Assembly (NCBI GenBank): GCA_015680685.1 | Contig: MNCI01001630.1 | Location: forward strand, 1,004,975-1,068,974 | Reading direction: 5' to 3' | Source of the DNA: Gnetum montanum | Lineage: Eukaryota > Plantae > Gnetophyta | DNA: 64,000 nt | Part shown: positions 1 to 12,897 of the stretch, piece by piece | How the letters are laid out: every line of letters begins with the position of its first letter | How positions within the stretch are numbered: position 1 is the first letter of the stretch | Notes under the pieces: model-generated | Database searches by the model: none | What the model was told of the DNA's origin: nothing | Seen by the model: the letters and a program-made list of their open reading frames with translations, nothing else | Position numbers and translations under genes: made by a program

Positions 1-1997
1 GGATCTTTTACCTAAAGATAGCCTTTGTTGGTGCAAGCACTTGATATTGATATGATTATATCAAATTAGTTTATGGGCATTGTATTAAGGATGTGATTGT
101 TTGTGTGTAATATTTTTCAGTTTGCTAAGATTGTGTTGTTTTGACTATTTTATGAATATTGAATATAAGATATTCAATGAAACATGTGTTGTCTCTATTT
201 CCTTGGTAATGAAATCTACTTTTTTTATGATGTCCAAAAGGGGGAGAAGATGTTAATTCATAAGATATGTGTATTGGATATATGGTGAAAACTATTTGTA
301 AATACTTGGCTTTTATTATGGATATAGTCTTTATAATCATAATTTTTGGCCTATACAATAAGTAATGATTTTGTTACTAATGGCTTATGGTTCATTATTT
401 TAGAGAGAAGATACTTGATCTTCATTGCTCAGCCTTTGGTCCTAAATGAAAATATTATAGATTCTCATTTGAAAGGCTCTGATTATGTCTCCTTGTGTTT
501 AAATGGTTTATGATTTATGAGTTATGTCTCCTTGTGTTTAAATGATTTATGGTTTATGTGATGTGCTTTATAAGTTTGGGTAGCACTTAATAGGATATTT
601 TTTTAGCCCTTTAAAACCTATGTTGAAGGATGTGTATTCATGAATGGCTATTCATCTCTTTGTCATCCTTAGCTAGATATATATTTACAAATGTGTGTGT
701 ATTTAATTGCTTAATCATATGATATTATGAAAAGTGCTAACCCATTTTCTTAAGTTTTGGACATCACTAAAAGGGGGAGAATGTTAACCTTTTGGTATGT
801 CAAATCCTTAGAAAATGGAGAATGTGGAAAATGTATTTGTATATTTTTGCAAGGTGAAGGAAGAACATGACAAGAGAACAATCATGAGCTTCAAAATGAG
901 ATTAGGACAACGAGTGTTAAATTACCAAAATGAGAGCTAAGTTGTTAAGACGAGAGCTAGGATGTCAAAATAAGAGCTGGGATGACAAAATGAGAGCTGG
1001 GATGCCAATCTAAAATGACACAAAGTATCAATTAGAAAACAACATCTACAAGCCAAAAGAAGGTGTTCTAAGATCTACCAAGATGTCCCACAATGTCAAA
1101 AGAATGTCTTAAAGTTCAAAGTGCACTTTGCAGGCCATACATCCCAAATAAATAGCAGATGTCCCAATTACTGCTAGGATGTCCCAATTTTCTATGGGAC
1201 ATCCCAACTAAATGTGAGTTGTTTGCATATAGATGTCCCAAGCATGAATGGGACGTCCCAACTTGTCATTTCTTAGATGTTGCATGAATTATGAAAAGGA
1301 TTTGGAAAGTAAACGGCTATTACACAAAGTGGAATTCTTGGAAAACATGTAATCACTATTCATTGATATATCTATCATTTTCTTTTGACTTTGTTCCTTA
1401 TTGTTTCCATCATTTGTGAATTGTTATGAATTGTTGTATGTGTGCCTAAGTGCAAAGAATTTGTAAAGTGAGTTACATTCTCTCCAAGATTCTTTTTCTC
1501 TCTTTGTAGTCCTATGGGGTTTATGTGCTTCTTACAAAAAGGCATCTTGTATGCTTGTTGGGACCTTTGCAGGGTTGAGTGTGTTTCCATTGTGAAAACA
1601 CTCTGAGTGGAGCTTACATCTTTATAAAGGCTCTAGGATTCTTGAAACTACATTTTGAGCTTGTTGGGACCTTGTGGGGTTGAGTGTATTTGTAGCGACA
1701 AAACACTTCAAGCAAAACTCAAACATTGTAAAGGTTGTGGTGTCCTTTAAACCACTTTTTGAAGGAACAAAGTTTAGAGGTTTGTAAAGATTCTACCCTT
1801 CGAGTGTGGGCATACCCAAGTTGGGGAATCACGTAAATTTGTTTGCAGTTTTGGTTGTCTTGGTTGTTTGATTTGGGGAACTTATTCAACCTCCCTTCTA
1901 AGTTCTCAATCCTCAGTTCCAATTGATGATTTTATCAATTTACTAAAAAAGTAAGTAGTGACCCATGAAGCTTCTCATTAGTGATTTAAGTTCAACA
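1..1997 (+). mobile_element. 3' end of a decayed Ty1/copia (SIRE/Sirevirus-like) LTR retrotransposon: non-coding 3' region plus putative 3' LTR 782-1997
   Basis: Two polypurine tracts AAAAGGGGGAGA (~236-248 and ~769-781); multiple PPTs are typical of Sireviruses. The second is directly followed by TGTTAAC (782), and a matching end TTCAACA lies at 1997. No coding domains are visible, so the lineage is inferred. Confidence 0.5.
880..1265 (+). repeat. Degenerate short tandem motifs inside the putative copia LTR
   Basis: Repeated AAAATGAGAGCT(G/A)GGATG-like units at ~880-1010 and repeated GATGTCCCAA/CATCCCAA at ~1080-1262. Confidence 0.6.
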
Positions 1998-4300
1998 AGT
2001 TTTTACATAGCTTAAATCTAGTTATATGATTTTGTGCAATTAGATCTAAATCTAGCTATTGCAATCTTGTGTGATGAAATCTATTTGTAAATGTGTTCTA
2101 GAATTTGGATTTTGGTACTCATTGTTGTTTTTGTTAAAGATGTATGTAACCAAGAGTTTACAGGCAAAATCAAATTTGTGTATGATTGAGGTTTTGAGGT
2201 GAATGATGATGAATTGAATATTCTTGATTTTATTTTTTTTATTGTCATTTTTATATTTGCATAATATGTGTGAACTCTAGTAGTGAGCACATTAGGTTTG
2301 CATTCCCCAAGGCTATTGTATTAGGCTAATAAAGACCATCACTTTGAGTGATGTTAAGGTGCTTATTTTCAAGTCGTAAGACCTAGACTCAAGCCTAGAT
2401 GCAACCACTTAAAAGAGGTTCAACTTTCACTCAATCACTACCCCCAACCTCACGTTGTTGGAATGAATATTAAGCCTCTAAATGATGATCCTTTATTGTA
2501 CTAGACTAATATATCTTTTCTTATTTTCTTGCCCTGCAAATATTGTTTTCTAAGAAAAAGACATTGTAACTACTTTGGTCTTATAATATTCTTTATCTTG
2601 TACCATCTCGAAATGTTTTAAGGATGCATGTTTTAAAAAAGCCTATTATTCTTTGATTTTTTGAATACCTCTATATAACATCCTTAATTTTAAAGGATAG
2701 AATGTTGGTCTTTCTTTTAAGTGATGCCTTGTCAACTTAAAACAGGTTTAAAGGATATCAAAATATTTAGTGCTCTATCCTAATTGCTTGAATACAGCAA
2801 AATGGGCTTTCGTTTTCAGATGCCTCCACTTCCTCTTGGTCGCTCTTGTGAGAATCCGAGATTTGCCATGAAATCTAGACCAAAATTAGGTGGGATACGT
2901 GTTTTAAATGCTTTGGTCGTAGCCTTCAGAAATTTAAAGCAAGCATGACCTTCACAATAAAGACAGAAGATCCACGGATAGCACTGAACACGTAGGGAAG
3001 GCATAAACCTACAAAGTCATGCCAGGCCACGGCAAGACAAAGCATGCGTAGACAAAGTATGCGTCATAGCATCCGCAAGGGACCTGGAGCTCAATCAAAA
3101 TGCGGCAACACATTTGGAATCCAAATTATTGGATTGTCAGTAAAGATCCCTTCTCAGCAAACATATATTGGTTTTTAAAAACCGAAAGACGCCAAACATC
3201 ACGTCACGAGCATCAGCGACCTTGATCGCCTTCGTAAAAATTAGCATAATAGGGGGAGGGTGTAAATTTGACGGTTCCTATTAGTTTTTAGCAAATGACA
3301 ATGACTGTTATTAGGAGTGATGGTAAGATATTAGATTCTCTGAGTTTTAAACTTGGGCTGCTTGAATGCAGGTACTAGAAGATATTGGGCTTTTATTTAT
3401 TCATCCATTGATTCTCTTGAGATTCCCACCTTAGTGAAATGAACATCATTGTGAGGTGATCCTTTTATTATCTATTAGTATTTTATCTTATAATATGCTT
3501 TTCTTTAAAATTTACTTAAATTTTACCTGTCATTGATTTTAACATATAGGTGATAGTAACTATTAAAAAATATATAACTAATCTGATGTAGATTCTTGAT
3601 GCACTAAGTGTATGATTATCTACATTTCAAACATTATCAAATATATATACAACCATTATCTTGAAAATAATATATAACTTATGCTAAGTATTCATGACGG
3701 ATTGCTAATATTACCTTTTAAAATACTGAAAATTAGTTATTATTGTTGTTTCAGAATTTCTCAACCTGGATGTATCCAATATTTTCAATGTATGCATACT
3801 CTATTCATACGTTTTTACAAACAAAATAAAACAGTTTAACATGTTTTTATACCTGTCAAATTCCTAGTGGGCAAATTCACACACAACATCATTGTCATTT
3901 TGTAAAAATGAAACAAAAGTAAAATTAATCAATACCGAAGCCACTGGCAACTGCACTAAAAGCTGTAATTGAATTCTACACCTTTGAAAAATTGCAATTA
4001 AATACGCTAAAAATGAATTGTTAGCACTGCATGTAGACCCAATTATTACGCAACTAAGCTCAGTCACACGACATGTGTGCCCTCCATGCAACTAAAGTTC
4101 AGTTGACCGACGACTGTGATTGAAAACAGATCACTTCCCACATTTCACAGAAACCACTGTGACTACAAACAACCCACATGCAGATTCCACTTCCGCCTTC
4201 TTGTTTGCATGTGCTAAAAAAGTCATGATCTTGTGTAAAAGTATTTTGCTGCTAATGTTAATCTTAATCTTGATTTTGTTGTCACTAGTCAGTATGAAGC

Positions 4301-4325
4301 GGCCCAGATTCTGGGGCCTATAAAT
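4301..4325 (+). promoter_or_regulatory. Probable core promoter of the INT gene (TATA box with adjacent GGCCCA site-II-like motif)
   Basis: CCTATAAATT at 4317-4326, preceded by near-palindromic GGCCCAGATTCTGGGGCC and followed by a CT-rich leader and a GTAAGT donor at 4441. Confidence 0.55.
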
Positions 4326-4440
4326 TAAGCTTGTCTGTTGCTGCAAAACCTTATCTTTTCAGCTGCTCTGCTCTTCTCTTCAAAGAGGTGAACCCATCAC
4401 AGGACTCTGTTCGTTGACAGTTTCTGACTACCAAGGAGGA

Positions 4441-5512
4441 GTAAGTGGCTTTCATCAGTAGTAGTCAGTGCACACTTTGCCTAAGGAGCTCTTACTCTTG
4501 CAGTTAACTGCAGTGTGAAATCTGCTTAATAAGGTTAACAGCCTGAATTGGGATTGTTTGTGCTTAATATGTGTTTCAACAAGCACATCAGTGTGTTGTT
4601 GGTTTGCCTAAATCTATTGTCAGTTTTGGCTTGTTACTGGAATCTTGAGCAAGTGACTTGAGTCTTGGTTGGGTACTTTTGTTAGTCTTTCTTTTAAAGG
4701 TCTGTTTGTTCAGACTGATTAACTGATCCTTTTTAGTTTATGTTTCAGGTTGTAGGTTTCCTTTCTGGGTATGTATCTTGCTCTGGTTCTTGATTACTTG
4801 GCAAAAATTGTTCTGTGATTTGGAATCTGCTTTGTTATCTCTTATTTTGTTTCAAAACTCCTTACCATACTTTTGTGCAGCAGGTTTTAGCGTTTAAGTA
4901 GTATAATACGATTTGTAGCTTTCAGCATGAAGACTCTGCTAAAAGGGAATAGACGGGGTTTAAAGTAGTTAAACAGGACAAAAGGACAAAAATGATATTA
5001 AGCATAAAATAAACACTGTCAATCTACATTTGTGATTCTTAAATCCATGTAAATGCTAACCGGCACTAGTATGATTTAATTAGGACTTTCCTTAATTTTG
5101 CATGAACTTGCACATGTTTGTGACAACCACCCCTGCTATCTACTGGAAGTAATATAATTTGTTCTTTGATTCGGTTTAAAGATAAAAGTTCACGTGCAAT
5201 CCTTACAAAAAAACTAGTGCTAATTTTGTGTATCATTATTCATAATTTGAATATTTAAAGTGCCGACCGTTTTTTATACCAATTTGTTTGTTGTGCAAAT
5301 TTAAGAATTAAACTGGTACTCTTTTATTATGTATCGCTATACATCTGAACCTTCTAATCACCTGAATAATCAGTTGTAGAAATAGCTCCGGGTTTTGGCT
5401 GCCTTTTGCACTTACTAATCATTTGTTTCTCCCTATTGGATAAGGGTAATAAAATAACATGCTCAACTTGCTTCCGGCTCTGACAGTCTTGCCTTTTTAA
5501 TTTTCTATTCAG
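4441..5512 (+). other. Probable 5'-UTR intron (possibly with small internal UTR exons) of the INT gene
   Basis: Donor GGA|GTAAGT at 4441 and acceptor TTTTCTATTCAG| at 5512, 12 nt before the ATG. Extra acceptor/donor-like sites near 4748, 4769 and 4880. Confidence 0.5.
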
Positions 5513-5524
5513 ATATATTGATTG

Positions 5525-8500
5525 ATGGAAGGGGGTGCTATACATAAAGGTGCTAGCTTTGGAACATGTCTAGCCTTGGTTAGACAAAATCCATTTCTAC
5601 TTAGACTAGCCTTGTCAGCAGGTCTTGGAGGTTTCCTTTTCGGATATGACACAGGTATGTAGATGACATTTAATAAAATAAAGAAAAAGGAAAATTTCTG
5701 TACAGAAGCCTCTCTCAATTTCTGAGATTAAGAGGAATACTAAGACTAAGCAGGCCTTGTTTTGTTGGCTTTCATTTTACCGCAGGTGTGATATCAGGAG
5801 CTCTTCTCTACATCAAAGATGACTTTTCTAGTGTGGATAACTCCACAAGTCTGCAGGTATACACTATACAGTACCCAATTCTAACTGTGCCTAATTTTGT
5901 TTGTTTTTTCGTTTTTTTATTGGGTATCATGTTTTGAACTTTTTGTTGTTGGGATTAGTCTTTGGGGTTTTGGGTGTTTGACAATTTGTTGTGGAGCAGG
6001 AGGTGATTGTGAGCGGAGCCATTGCTGGAGCCATAATAGGAGCTGCATCAGGCGGTTGGATAAATGACAAAATTGGAAGGAAGAAAAGCCTCACCATTGC
6101 AGACATTGTGTTCTTGGTAGGTGCAGTTTTCATGGCTGCATCAAATGGACCAGCCCTGCTTATTATTGGTAGGGTTTGTGTTGGGCTGGGAATTGGCATG
6201 GCATCCATGGCTTCACCACTCTATATTTCAGAGGTGTCTCCAAGGACTGTGAGAGGAGCAATTGTGAGTACCAATGGTCTTCTCATTACTGGAGGTCAGT
6301 TTCTGTCCTACTGCATCAATCTCGCATTCACAAGGGTAGGTAACTGTACCCAATTTGTAACAATGTTCTTGTTTTTTTTTTCTTTGGTTTTTTGTGTTTT
6401 GTTTTCCTACTGGCTACTGGAGGCCTACAAAAATGTCAAAAACATTTTCCACGAAATTTGCTGCAGAGGAAGAAGGAAAAGAATCTCACCTAATTTGATA
6501 GGTTTTACTTTGCAGCTGTTGTATGAAATTACAGTAGTATAAACTCTAAAGTAACTATTTTAGATTAATCAAATTTCTGATTTTACAGCTAAAATGGCAA
6601 CCAACCACAGACAATGTCACAGTTAATCTGGTTCTATTTCACTCTACGACACTGAAATCAACAATTTCATAGATGATGTTTTGATTCATGTTGCAAGCTT
6701 CAAACTTTGTTGGGAAATTTGGCTTTTAAATTGCGCAGGTTTCCGGCACATGGAGATGGATGCTTGGAATTGCAAGCCTTCCTGCAATTCTGCAGCTTAT
6801 GTTGATGTTTTTCCTTCCTGAATCTCCTCGATGGTTGTTCCGCAAGGTAACCAAGATAAAAAAGAGACCAGAAGCAACTTCCTCATGTCATGGCAATTGC
6901 TGCAAGCAAGAGTTACTTATTTGTGTGATGCGATTCTTGTTTATCCTTATCATCATATCTGGTCTTTGGGCAGGGAAAGGAAGAAGAATCTTTTGCTGTA
7001 ATGCAGAAGCTGCACCCCCCTGAAGACTTGGACAATGAAATGGAAGAACTCAGGAATTCTGTCCAACAAGAAATAGATATGAATGGGCCTGAAAAGAAAA
7101 TCCGTTACAGCCAGCTATGGACAGTTAAAGAAGTCAGATATGCTCTGATTGCAGGTTGTGGAATTCAAGTAAGCACCAACACCATTCATTCCAGCACAAA
7201 AACCCTAACTAAGCAATTTTTATTTTTTTGTTGGTTCTTGCGATTATGATAATTTTGTCCGGATCTTCATGTGTGTAGATTTGTCAACAAATGATTGGAA
7301 TCAATACAGTAATGTATTACAGTCCTACGATTGTACAGCAAGCTGGATTTGCATCTAACAGGCTGGCACTGCTGCTATCTTTGATAACATCTGGGTTGAA
7401 CACTGGTGGAACCATTCTGAGCATGTACCTCATAGATAGAACAGGCAGGAGAAAGCTTCTTATTGCAAGTTTGATGGGAGTTATATTTTCTTTGGCCATG
7501 TTAACAGCTGCTTTCCATATTACCAACAACACATCACCATTTGTAAGCCCTGCACAGACAAACAACTTCACTGGCTTACAATGCCCAGGTTATCATTCTT
7601 CTTCCAAACAGGAGGCATCATCATCAAACTGGACATGTGTAACATGCTTGAAGGTAGATCCTGCTTGTGGGTTTTGTGCGTCTGCACAAAATCAGGTAAG
7701 TAGTTCTTGCAGTAAGCAATAACATTTTTTATTTGTGAACTTGATTTTTGCCTTCATTGATGCTTGGTCAATTTACAAAGTTTGTCTTTAATATCTGTCC
7801 AATAGATGATGTTGGTAGATTTTCAGATGAAATATGTCCAATAGATCATGTGGGTAGGTTTTCAGATGAAATATGTCCAATAGATCATGTGGGTAGGTTT
7901 TCAGCAGGAATAAAACTTCAGTTTCACTTTCAGATTTTTGTGAGGATGATGATAATGGAAGGCCAAAACGAGACAACTGACAAGTGTGTGTAATGTTGCT
8001 GTTGTTGTAAAGCTGATGCCAGGTGCATGCTTGCTGAAAAACAGGACGGCTGAAGATGTGTGCAATAACTTATCAAATACATGGTTTTCAGAAGGCTGCC
8101 CAAGTAAATATGGGGCATTGGCTATTGCAGGCTTGGCTCTGTACATCATTTTCTATGCTCCTGGAATTGGAACTCTACCATGGGTCATTAATTCTGAGAT
8201 ATATCCGTTGAGATTCAGAGGCATCTGTGGAGGCCTGGCTGCAACATCCAATTGGATTGCCAATTTGATAGTTTCTCAGACATTTCTCACCATGACCAAA
8301 TCCATTGGAACCTCCAACACATTCATGGTTTTTGGAATCTTTGCAGTTATTTCCCTCTTCTTTGTAATTATTGTTATTCCTGAAACCAAGGGTCTTTCCT
8401 TGGAGGAGGTGGAAGGCATGCTGCAGGAGCAAGTCAGAAGGTTTAGTTTCAAATTTTGGAAAAATCAGGAGAAAGCCTTTGATACCGATACCTTTCCAGA

Positions 8501-8531
8501 CAAAGTTGTTGCCTCCTCCAACAAAAACTAA
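5525..8531 (+). CDS. INT2: Inositol/H+ symporter (MFS sugar porter family, INT2/INT4-type), 7 coding exons, 591 aa
   Basis: Exons 5525-5654, 5786-5856, 6000-6335, 6739-6846, 6974-7168, 7279-7695 and 8013-8531. All introns are GT-AG and the exons join in frame (1776 nt). Motifs: MEGG...[82 protein letters not shown]. The Cys-rich loop (CVTCLK..CGFC..PGAC..C..GCPS) is characteristic of INT2/INT4-type proteins. Orthology to INT2 is by resemblance only. Confidence 0.95.
7791..7904 (+). repeat. 39-bp tandem repeat x3 in INT intron 6
   Basis: GTCCAATAGA recurs at 7797, 7836 and 7875. Unit ATGAAATATGTCCAATAGATCATGTGGGTAGGTTTTCAG. Confidence 0.9.
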
Positions 8532-8689
8532 AATTGAAATTGAGGCGTTTAGAAAGTCACCTAATCATCATCATGGTCATTTTAGCCTTGTTGCTTGGAG
8601 CGGTTCTTTTGAGATGTCATATGATTTTATAAAAATTCTCAAAAAGGTTTTTACCTAGTTGCTTGTGATATTATTAGTCTTCTTAAAAA

Positions 8690-9800
8690 AAGGGTAATTT
8701 CGGTTTCTTAAATTCTTTCAAACAAGAGCTTTGGTGGCAAATTAGTTGTTTTAGCATATGATTTTGCCATTATTGGAACTCTCCTCCAGGTAAGGCTACA
8801 ACAAGGGTTTCCTAAAAAAAACTCATTTTGGAAAGGTATTCACTTGGGTAATTAGATTTTTTCTACTCATATGATTATCATTCCTAGACCTCATGTCTTC
8901 AAAAGTATTTGGAGGGTGTAGCATGTATTACACAATTATATAGATTAAACTAATGTTAAGATTTTTTCTAAGCTTTGTCCATGGTGGTTACCAATTTCAC
9001 ATGCTCCTCTTGCTACTATGAATTCTTGGGTGGCTACTTACTGGTTTCAAAAGGAAGTGATTTCTCTTAGTTGTTTACGTCTTGCCAGCTAATAGATTTT
9101 TTTGGGAAATGTTTGATAATTTGTATAGGGCATCTACAACTATGCATCATTGTTTTGATCCAATTTATAATTTTATTCACCACTATTTATAGTTGGATGC
9201 TTCAGTGCAAAGTACTTTTCATGACCTTTGTTGGACTAATGAATTGAAACTTTTACCTTATAAGCTACATGTTCCATTTCAACATTTGCACAACTCTTTA
9301 ATTTTTAATCACTACAATAGGTTTTGGCACAAATAGGAATTAGAACAATTTTGGATGTCCACATTCAAGTGAATATGGAAGCTTCCTACTCTACCTAAAT
9401 TTAACCATTTCTTTAGTATCTACTTCAGCAAGGTTTACCTATTGGCAAACATCTTGAATATCTTGCAGTTCAAACTCCTGTTTGCCCTCTCTATGGAGCT
9501 ATAGATGATTTTGTTCATGTCTTTTGGTAGTGTTCTTTTGCTTAGCATAGTTGGATGTGGGCATGCAAAGTTATACCAAATTGTCAACTATCTCAAGATG
9601 ATGTTATATATATAGATATAGTTTTTGCCTACTACTTCCATGAATTTTAGATTTCTTTATAAGGTTATCATAATTGGAAGCATAGATGCAACATCATTTT
9701 TTTTTAAAAAAATAGAATATTCAAATATTTATCATTTGACTATTATAAAGAAATCTCATATCTTCTACCTTGTTTATTTTCAAATTATATCCCAAGCTCC
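8690..9800 (+). mobile_element. Decayed L1-clade LINE ORF2 3' fragment (zf-RVT region)
   Basis: Frameshifted translation near 9375-9560 reads IWKLPTLPKFNHF...QGLPIGKHL...CPLYGAIDDFVHVFW*CSFA*HSW, resembling the plant L1 zf-RVT pattern. Boundaries are approximate. Confidence 0.5.
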
Positions 9801-10209
9801 AAAGGTTTAGTTAAAGATTAATTAGTTAATTCATCTTTTGTAGCCTTGGTTCATATTCATGAGCAATAGAAACTCTAGTGTAAGTAACCTTATTTAGCAT
9901 AGTTCTATACAAGGAAGCTCTTCTTTTTAATTTCCATCATCATTTGATTCATTTGATTCTTACTTCATTCTACTTGTACTACTAATTACAGTTGGACTTT
10001 TGAGATAAGTGAATACCCAAAATGGTGCTTCTTTCTTTTGTTATTGGTGTGATTGTGAGGATGAAATCCTAAGTAGGCATTCCCAAATTCATTGAGTCTT
10101 TTCTTTCTTGTTATTTCTATCTATTTTATCAAATGCTACTTGTGTATTTTTACCCTTTCTATCTAGGTATTTAGATACTATATGTATATTTGATGTTCTA
10201 TTTTGATTA

Positions 10210-12897
10210 TGATGAATCATCAGTTGGTTGGGTTATCTACTAAAAAGTCAACTTTTTGGTTGGCTCTGATATCTTAGCCTCAATATCTTGACTTCGATAA
10301 CAAGGCTCCAATAACAAGGCCTCGATGTCGAGTATCCAATGTCAGAGCCTAGATGCAACATTGGGTATTCGACATTGGGGGGTATACGCTGGCTTATAAA
10401 TATAGCACTTGGGAACACAATTTCAAGTCAGTTTTTGCATCAGTTTTTCATAGTTTCGTTAATAGAGTAGTCGAATTCTTGTAGTTTTATTCCGTAATCT
10501 TAGAGAATAGTTAGTGAGTGCCCACAGAGTGGATCTGAGTTAGTTGTACGAAGTCTTATTCGAATAGCAATGTACCTGGACATATTCCATGAGTGGAAAT
10601 AAGATCGAGATTGATTCTTATTCATTGCAACACTTTGACTTAGATTAGATTTACTTTCCATGCAATTTACTTTTCATGTAGGTAATATTTACATTTTCAT
10701 GCATGTTAATGAATTAAGCACATAAGTATGATCGCTTCAAGCATGTGTATGACTCTTTGTAATCCCAGCAACACTTAACGTGTGGTAACCCAACGGTGTT
10801 ATATGTGTTTAGGATGTGCATGGGAAGTGGGATCAGATACTTATGTTAGGGTAGTTTATTATTAATTAGCAATTTGATTAATTTAACTAATTATAAATTG
10901 AGTTTCAACCTATTATTAATTGTAGAACAATAAAGTATAAAATAATAAAAATCATATGCCTCACTTTGGACTAAACCATATGTGACAAAGATACCACTAG
11001 TCCAAATGGGAAGCCAGTGAACTGCGATCAAGGCATAGTGATCTAGGTGCCACAACTAATCCCATCCATGGAATTCAATCGAATCATGTGTGAACATTTG
11101 TGATTCGTATGGTTGGGCATAGGGGTATCTCATCGCTCATCATTGGCACCATTGCCAAGGATGGTGCTAGTCATCTAGATTAGTTATAATATACACGATC
11201 ATTGTAAAGGTATTAATAATCTATCTTTTAAAAAATATAAATATTTTAAGTCACACAGGTTATTAGGTAAAACCATGTCTTCTTCACATAGAACTAATAA
11301 TGCATTGTATGATGAGAACACTTGTAGGAGAAATGACAGGATATATACTAAAGAAAATTAGAGTGAACAACCTCAAGTGGGGGTTTTCTATGCTCGTTTA
11401 AATCCTTACTACACTCAAAGACAATGTTCAACTAAGGTAAATAATCCTAGAGGATATGGAAAAAGTCCTAGATCAAGGAGGCCCTCAAGGCCTGGGACCT
11501 CCTCTAAACTTAGAAAAGATAAATCAAGGGATCATGGGGAGAACTATAGAAGCCATGGCAATTCTCCCAGTTCCTCATCTTTCTCTTCCTCTTCAATGTC
11601 TAGTTCTGATGAAGATGAATGTAGGTATAGAGATAGAGTTCCACTATGGGGTCAAGATAAAGATAGAAATCGAACACACAAGAAAAATCAAAGACATCAC
11701 AATGAGCATAGACAAGATCGTCATAATCAAACAAATAGAAATAGAAATTTTCATCACAACATGTCTAATGATGATGAACCCTTATTGCCCACTAAGAGCC
11801 TAATGCAAGTCACAAAGGTAATTAAGATACTTCATAAGCATCACAAGGAAAGATGTCTACCTAGGCTTAATATTAATAATATCCCTAAGTTTGTGGAAAG
11901 CTATGATTCTAATTCGCAACATCATCTACAAGCTTTCCATGATGCCTATGCCTTATACAACAATGAAAGTGGATGGCAAAAGCTTAAGCTCTTTCCTAAG
12001 ACACTAATTGATGAAGCTAAAAGTTGGTATAAATCGTTGGAACCAAGTTTCATTTACCAGTGGTACATACTGCTGGAACTTTTCAACGAAAAATACCAAA
12101 CCTATGCAAGAGTGTCCAACCTAAGAAAAGAAATCCAAGAGTGGAAGTAAGAAAATCATGAACCCTTGAAAGTGGCCTTGGAAAGATACTATTTGCTACT
12201 ACATAGATGCCTAGGCCATGGTTTCTCTAAGGAAAGGTAACTTTTCCACATCATAGATGGGCTTCGGAATGAAATAAGTGAGACCCTTGGGATGTATGCT
12301 CTAGGTCAATTATACGAGCTACGAACCCATCAGATCAAAGAGTTAACCAAGTGTGTGGCAAAAGAAGAAGGAGAACTATGTAGATGAGAGAATGTAGAGG
12401 AAAATAATTGGGATCCAACTTTGCAAAAGAAAAGCATCCATATCTATGATAAGGAAAAAGAGGTAGCTCTTGATGAGGTGATTTTACAACAGGCTTAGCT
12501 AATACAAAATTCTATCATTGAGATTAAAGAAAAGTTGGATAAGATGTTGGAATCAATGAATGAGAAAGGTAAAACTTGCAAAGAAATCATAGAGGAGAGA
12601 TTAGCACAAAAAAAAAAAAAATCAAGTGATCACAACAAAAGGAGGAAAAAGAACCAAGAAACAGCTAGGAACACTTTTTGGCAAAAAGGGGAAATTTTTG
12701 TAGAAAAAGAGGCTGCAAACTCAACCACTAAAGAGGATGGTGGATGTGACATTTGCCTATATGACCATCCAAAGGGCCATTGCCCAATCTTGTTGCATCT
12801 ACATGAGTATTGGGCAAGGGCATTAAATCTGAAGTTTGTACAAAAGTACATGAGTATTGAGCAGGGGCATTAAAGTCTTGTTGAAAAAATGACCAAC
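10210..12897 (+). mobile_element. Truncated Athila-like Ty3/gypsy element: 5' LTR (10210-11142), PBS and decayed gag (~11275-12873)
   Basis: LTR bounded by TGATGA...TCATCA with TATAAATA at ~10395. Retrotrans_gag-like segment KLKLFPKTLIDEAKSWYKSL, followed by CDICLYDHPKGHC knuckle. Several in-frame stops. Ends abruptly at the INT pseudogene. Confidence 0.85.
11144..11161 (+). other. Primer-binding site, tRNA-Asp type (degenerate)
   Basis: TGGCACCATTGCCAAGGA right after the LTR; decayed form of TGGCGCCGTTGCCGGGGA used by Athila elements. Confidence 0.8.

Noticed and set aside
2816-3260. CpG-retaining patch with ACGT cores upstream of INT, and short ORFs there
   Set aside because: Could be a distal regulatory region, but the motifs are too short to support a call and the ORFs have no recognisable homology.
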